Assembly: GCA_951406725.2 (NCBI GenBank)
Contig: OX597814.1
Coordinates: forward strand, 139,438,001-139,502,000
Reading direction: 5' to 3'
Length of the DNA: 64,000 bases
Source: Octopus vulgaris
Taxonomy: Eukaryota
Part shown: positions 62,021-64,000 of the stretch, piece after piece
Numbering within the stretch: position 1 is the first letter of the stretch
Layout: every line of letters begins with the position of its first letter
The notes under the pieces: model-generated
Told to the model about the DNA's origin: nothing
Databases searched by the model: none
The model's input: the letters and a program-made list of their open reading frames with translations, nothing else
Translations under genes and position numbers: made by a program

Positions 62021-64000
62021 TGTATCTGTGTGTGTGTCTGTCTGTTTGTCACCCACCCCCATTGCTTGACAACTAGTGTTAGTTAGTTTACATCTTGCAA
62101 TTTGAAGAGAAAGCAAAAGAACCAGTAGAGTAGGTACCATACTTGAAAGGACATAAATACTGGGGTCAGCTTGTTCAACTAAAGCCCTTCAAAGCTAAAT
62201 ATTATCTCCCTAACATTCTTCCACTTTTTTATTTGCTGTATTATTCTGCTGATGTAACTCAAGAAGGCAGTACCAAGGTGTCGAGCTGGCAGAAATCTTA
62301 GCATGCCGGACGAAATGCTTAGTGGTATTTCATCTGTCGTTACGTTCTGTGTTCAAATTCCGCCGAGGTCCACTTTGCCTTTCATCCTTTCGGAGGTTGA
62401 TAAATTAAGTACCAGTTGGGTACTGAGGTTAATCTAATTGATTGCCCGCCCCACCTCCAAAAATTTCAGGCCTTGTGCCTAGAGTAGAAAAGATTACTTT
62501 TCTCTTAAATTGACAAGAAGGTCATCCATTCAGTTCTGTCAGCCATCACTTCCTTTCCCCCAAGTCTCTCTTGCTATTGACATCCATCACTTACTCTTAT
62601 TGTCCACCTCCATATCTCTCTCTCTCTCTCTTCCCAGTCTCCTATCGCTCTCTTTCTAACCAAAACAGTCTTACAACCTTCATCCACCCATCCTGATTAT
62701 TCTTCTGTTCACGTTCTGGAATGTGTTACCTAGAGTGTATGATTGACTAAAAACACCTCAAGGTAGTTCCCCCCACATGGCCACAACCATTGACTAAAAC
62801 CAGTAAAATAATGTTTAAATGCATAAAGTAATCAAAAGCAGATGTTTCTATGTTGTCATAAGGGATCACAATGGCTCACTAGACAAGGTATTGACTGAGA
62901 CATTATCTTTTTCTGCTCTAGGCACAAAGCCTGAAATTTTTGGGGCGGGGGTCAGTCAATTAGATCAACCCCAGTATGCAGCTGGTACTTAATTTATTGA
63001 CCCAAAAAGGATGAAAGGCAAAGTCAACCTCGGCAGGATTTGAACTCAGAACGTAAAGATAGACAAAATACCGCTAAGCATTTTGCTCGGTGTGCTAACG
63101 TTTCAGCCAGCTCACTGCCTTAGACTGAAACATTATCACTTCATAATACTGTAGTTGGCTGTGTGCTGTCTGTTGTGGCAAAGCCTCATAAGCTTTGCTG
63201 GCATTAGATGAGGTAAGAAAGAAGAAAATGTACTATGGTAGTGGTGAGCTGAATTGGCTAGAAGTTTGAGGGTTCATAATGTTAAGAGTATTTCTCAAAT
63301 ATCCAATACTAACTATAAATCTTTCTAATCAAATAATTTTTCATAAATATTTTTTTCTTTAACACATTTTTTATCATATTTTTGTTGAAATACACTGCCT
63401 TTGCTTCAATTAATTTTGAAAATAATGAAGAATTCAGTAAAATAATTTTGTCTTGGAAGACAGACATTAAATTATAAAAATGATGATGATGATTAAGCTG
63501 GTGTCTGGAACATGAATTAACATTGAATTTTGAAGGAAAGTTTTAAACAAGATAACTTTAAAGCATGACGTTTATATTGTAGAAACAAGGGCAATCTCAG
63601 GCAGATTGGTATTAAAAGGGTTTCACAGGAGAGTAATAATATCAGACCAGATCTAGAATAGAAAGAGCATGTCATTGATGAGGTTATGAATGGTGACACA
63701 CATACTTTAACTAACCTACCTGACTGATTTATTTACTGAGTGTTTAATCACACAATTGATTAGTCAGTTGGCTAACTATTTAACCAATTTACAAATAAAA
63801 GATAAACAAAGGTGGTGCTCCAGCATGGCCGCAGTCAAATGACTGAAACAAGTAAAAGAGTAAAAGTGAAATATAACCTGTGTGTGTTTATTGTTGGCAT
63901 AGTGACCCTCCCAAGATACAACAAAATATGTTTCAACACAGGAGTTCACAGCAAGAATCTTGCAAACCAAATACAAAAACAAAATATTTTAAATTTTCTT

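Noticed and set aside
4-63982. Most 60-150 aa ORFs in the supplied track (e.g. the RRHLPKVP... family)
   Set aside because: Translations of SINE, LINE or microsatellite sequence, or antisense shadows of real exons

Overview
AT-rich, repeat-dense eukaryotic genomic DNA. The SINE repertoire strongly suggests a cephalopod, probably Octopus (inference). Three spliced genes were reconstructed by hand from GT-AG boundaries and reading-frame continuity. (1) UBA2/SAE2 (SUMO E1 subunit) is on the minus strand: 15 coding exons from ATG 30705 to 1558, with the 3' end beyond the left edge. (2) HAUS4 (augmin subunit) is on the plus strand: 9 coding exons, 32100-46879, 343 aa, head-to-head with UBA2. (3) A DUSP12/YVH1-like dual-specificity phosphatase is on the plus strand: the first 3 exons, 49762-60605. 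Introns hold three recurring SINE families, RTE/CR1/CRE LINE fragments, a decayed 3-kb hAT transposon with an 8-bp TSD, mariner and Merlin remnants, and hAT/piggyBac-type MITEs. The most interesting signal is a set of minimal type I hammerhead-ribozyme-like motifs in introns. An inverted pair with a compensatory G3-C8 core sits inside a ~285-bp palindrome in UBA2 intron 3, and a canonical CUGAUGA/GAAA/GUC motif lies just upstream of HAUS4 exon 2. There are also many long hairpins, and a CAG/CAA/GCA-repeat region upstream of the UBA2 ATG that contains a possible uORF and a polyQ frame separated from UBA2 by one TAG. No database searches or folding programs were run.
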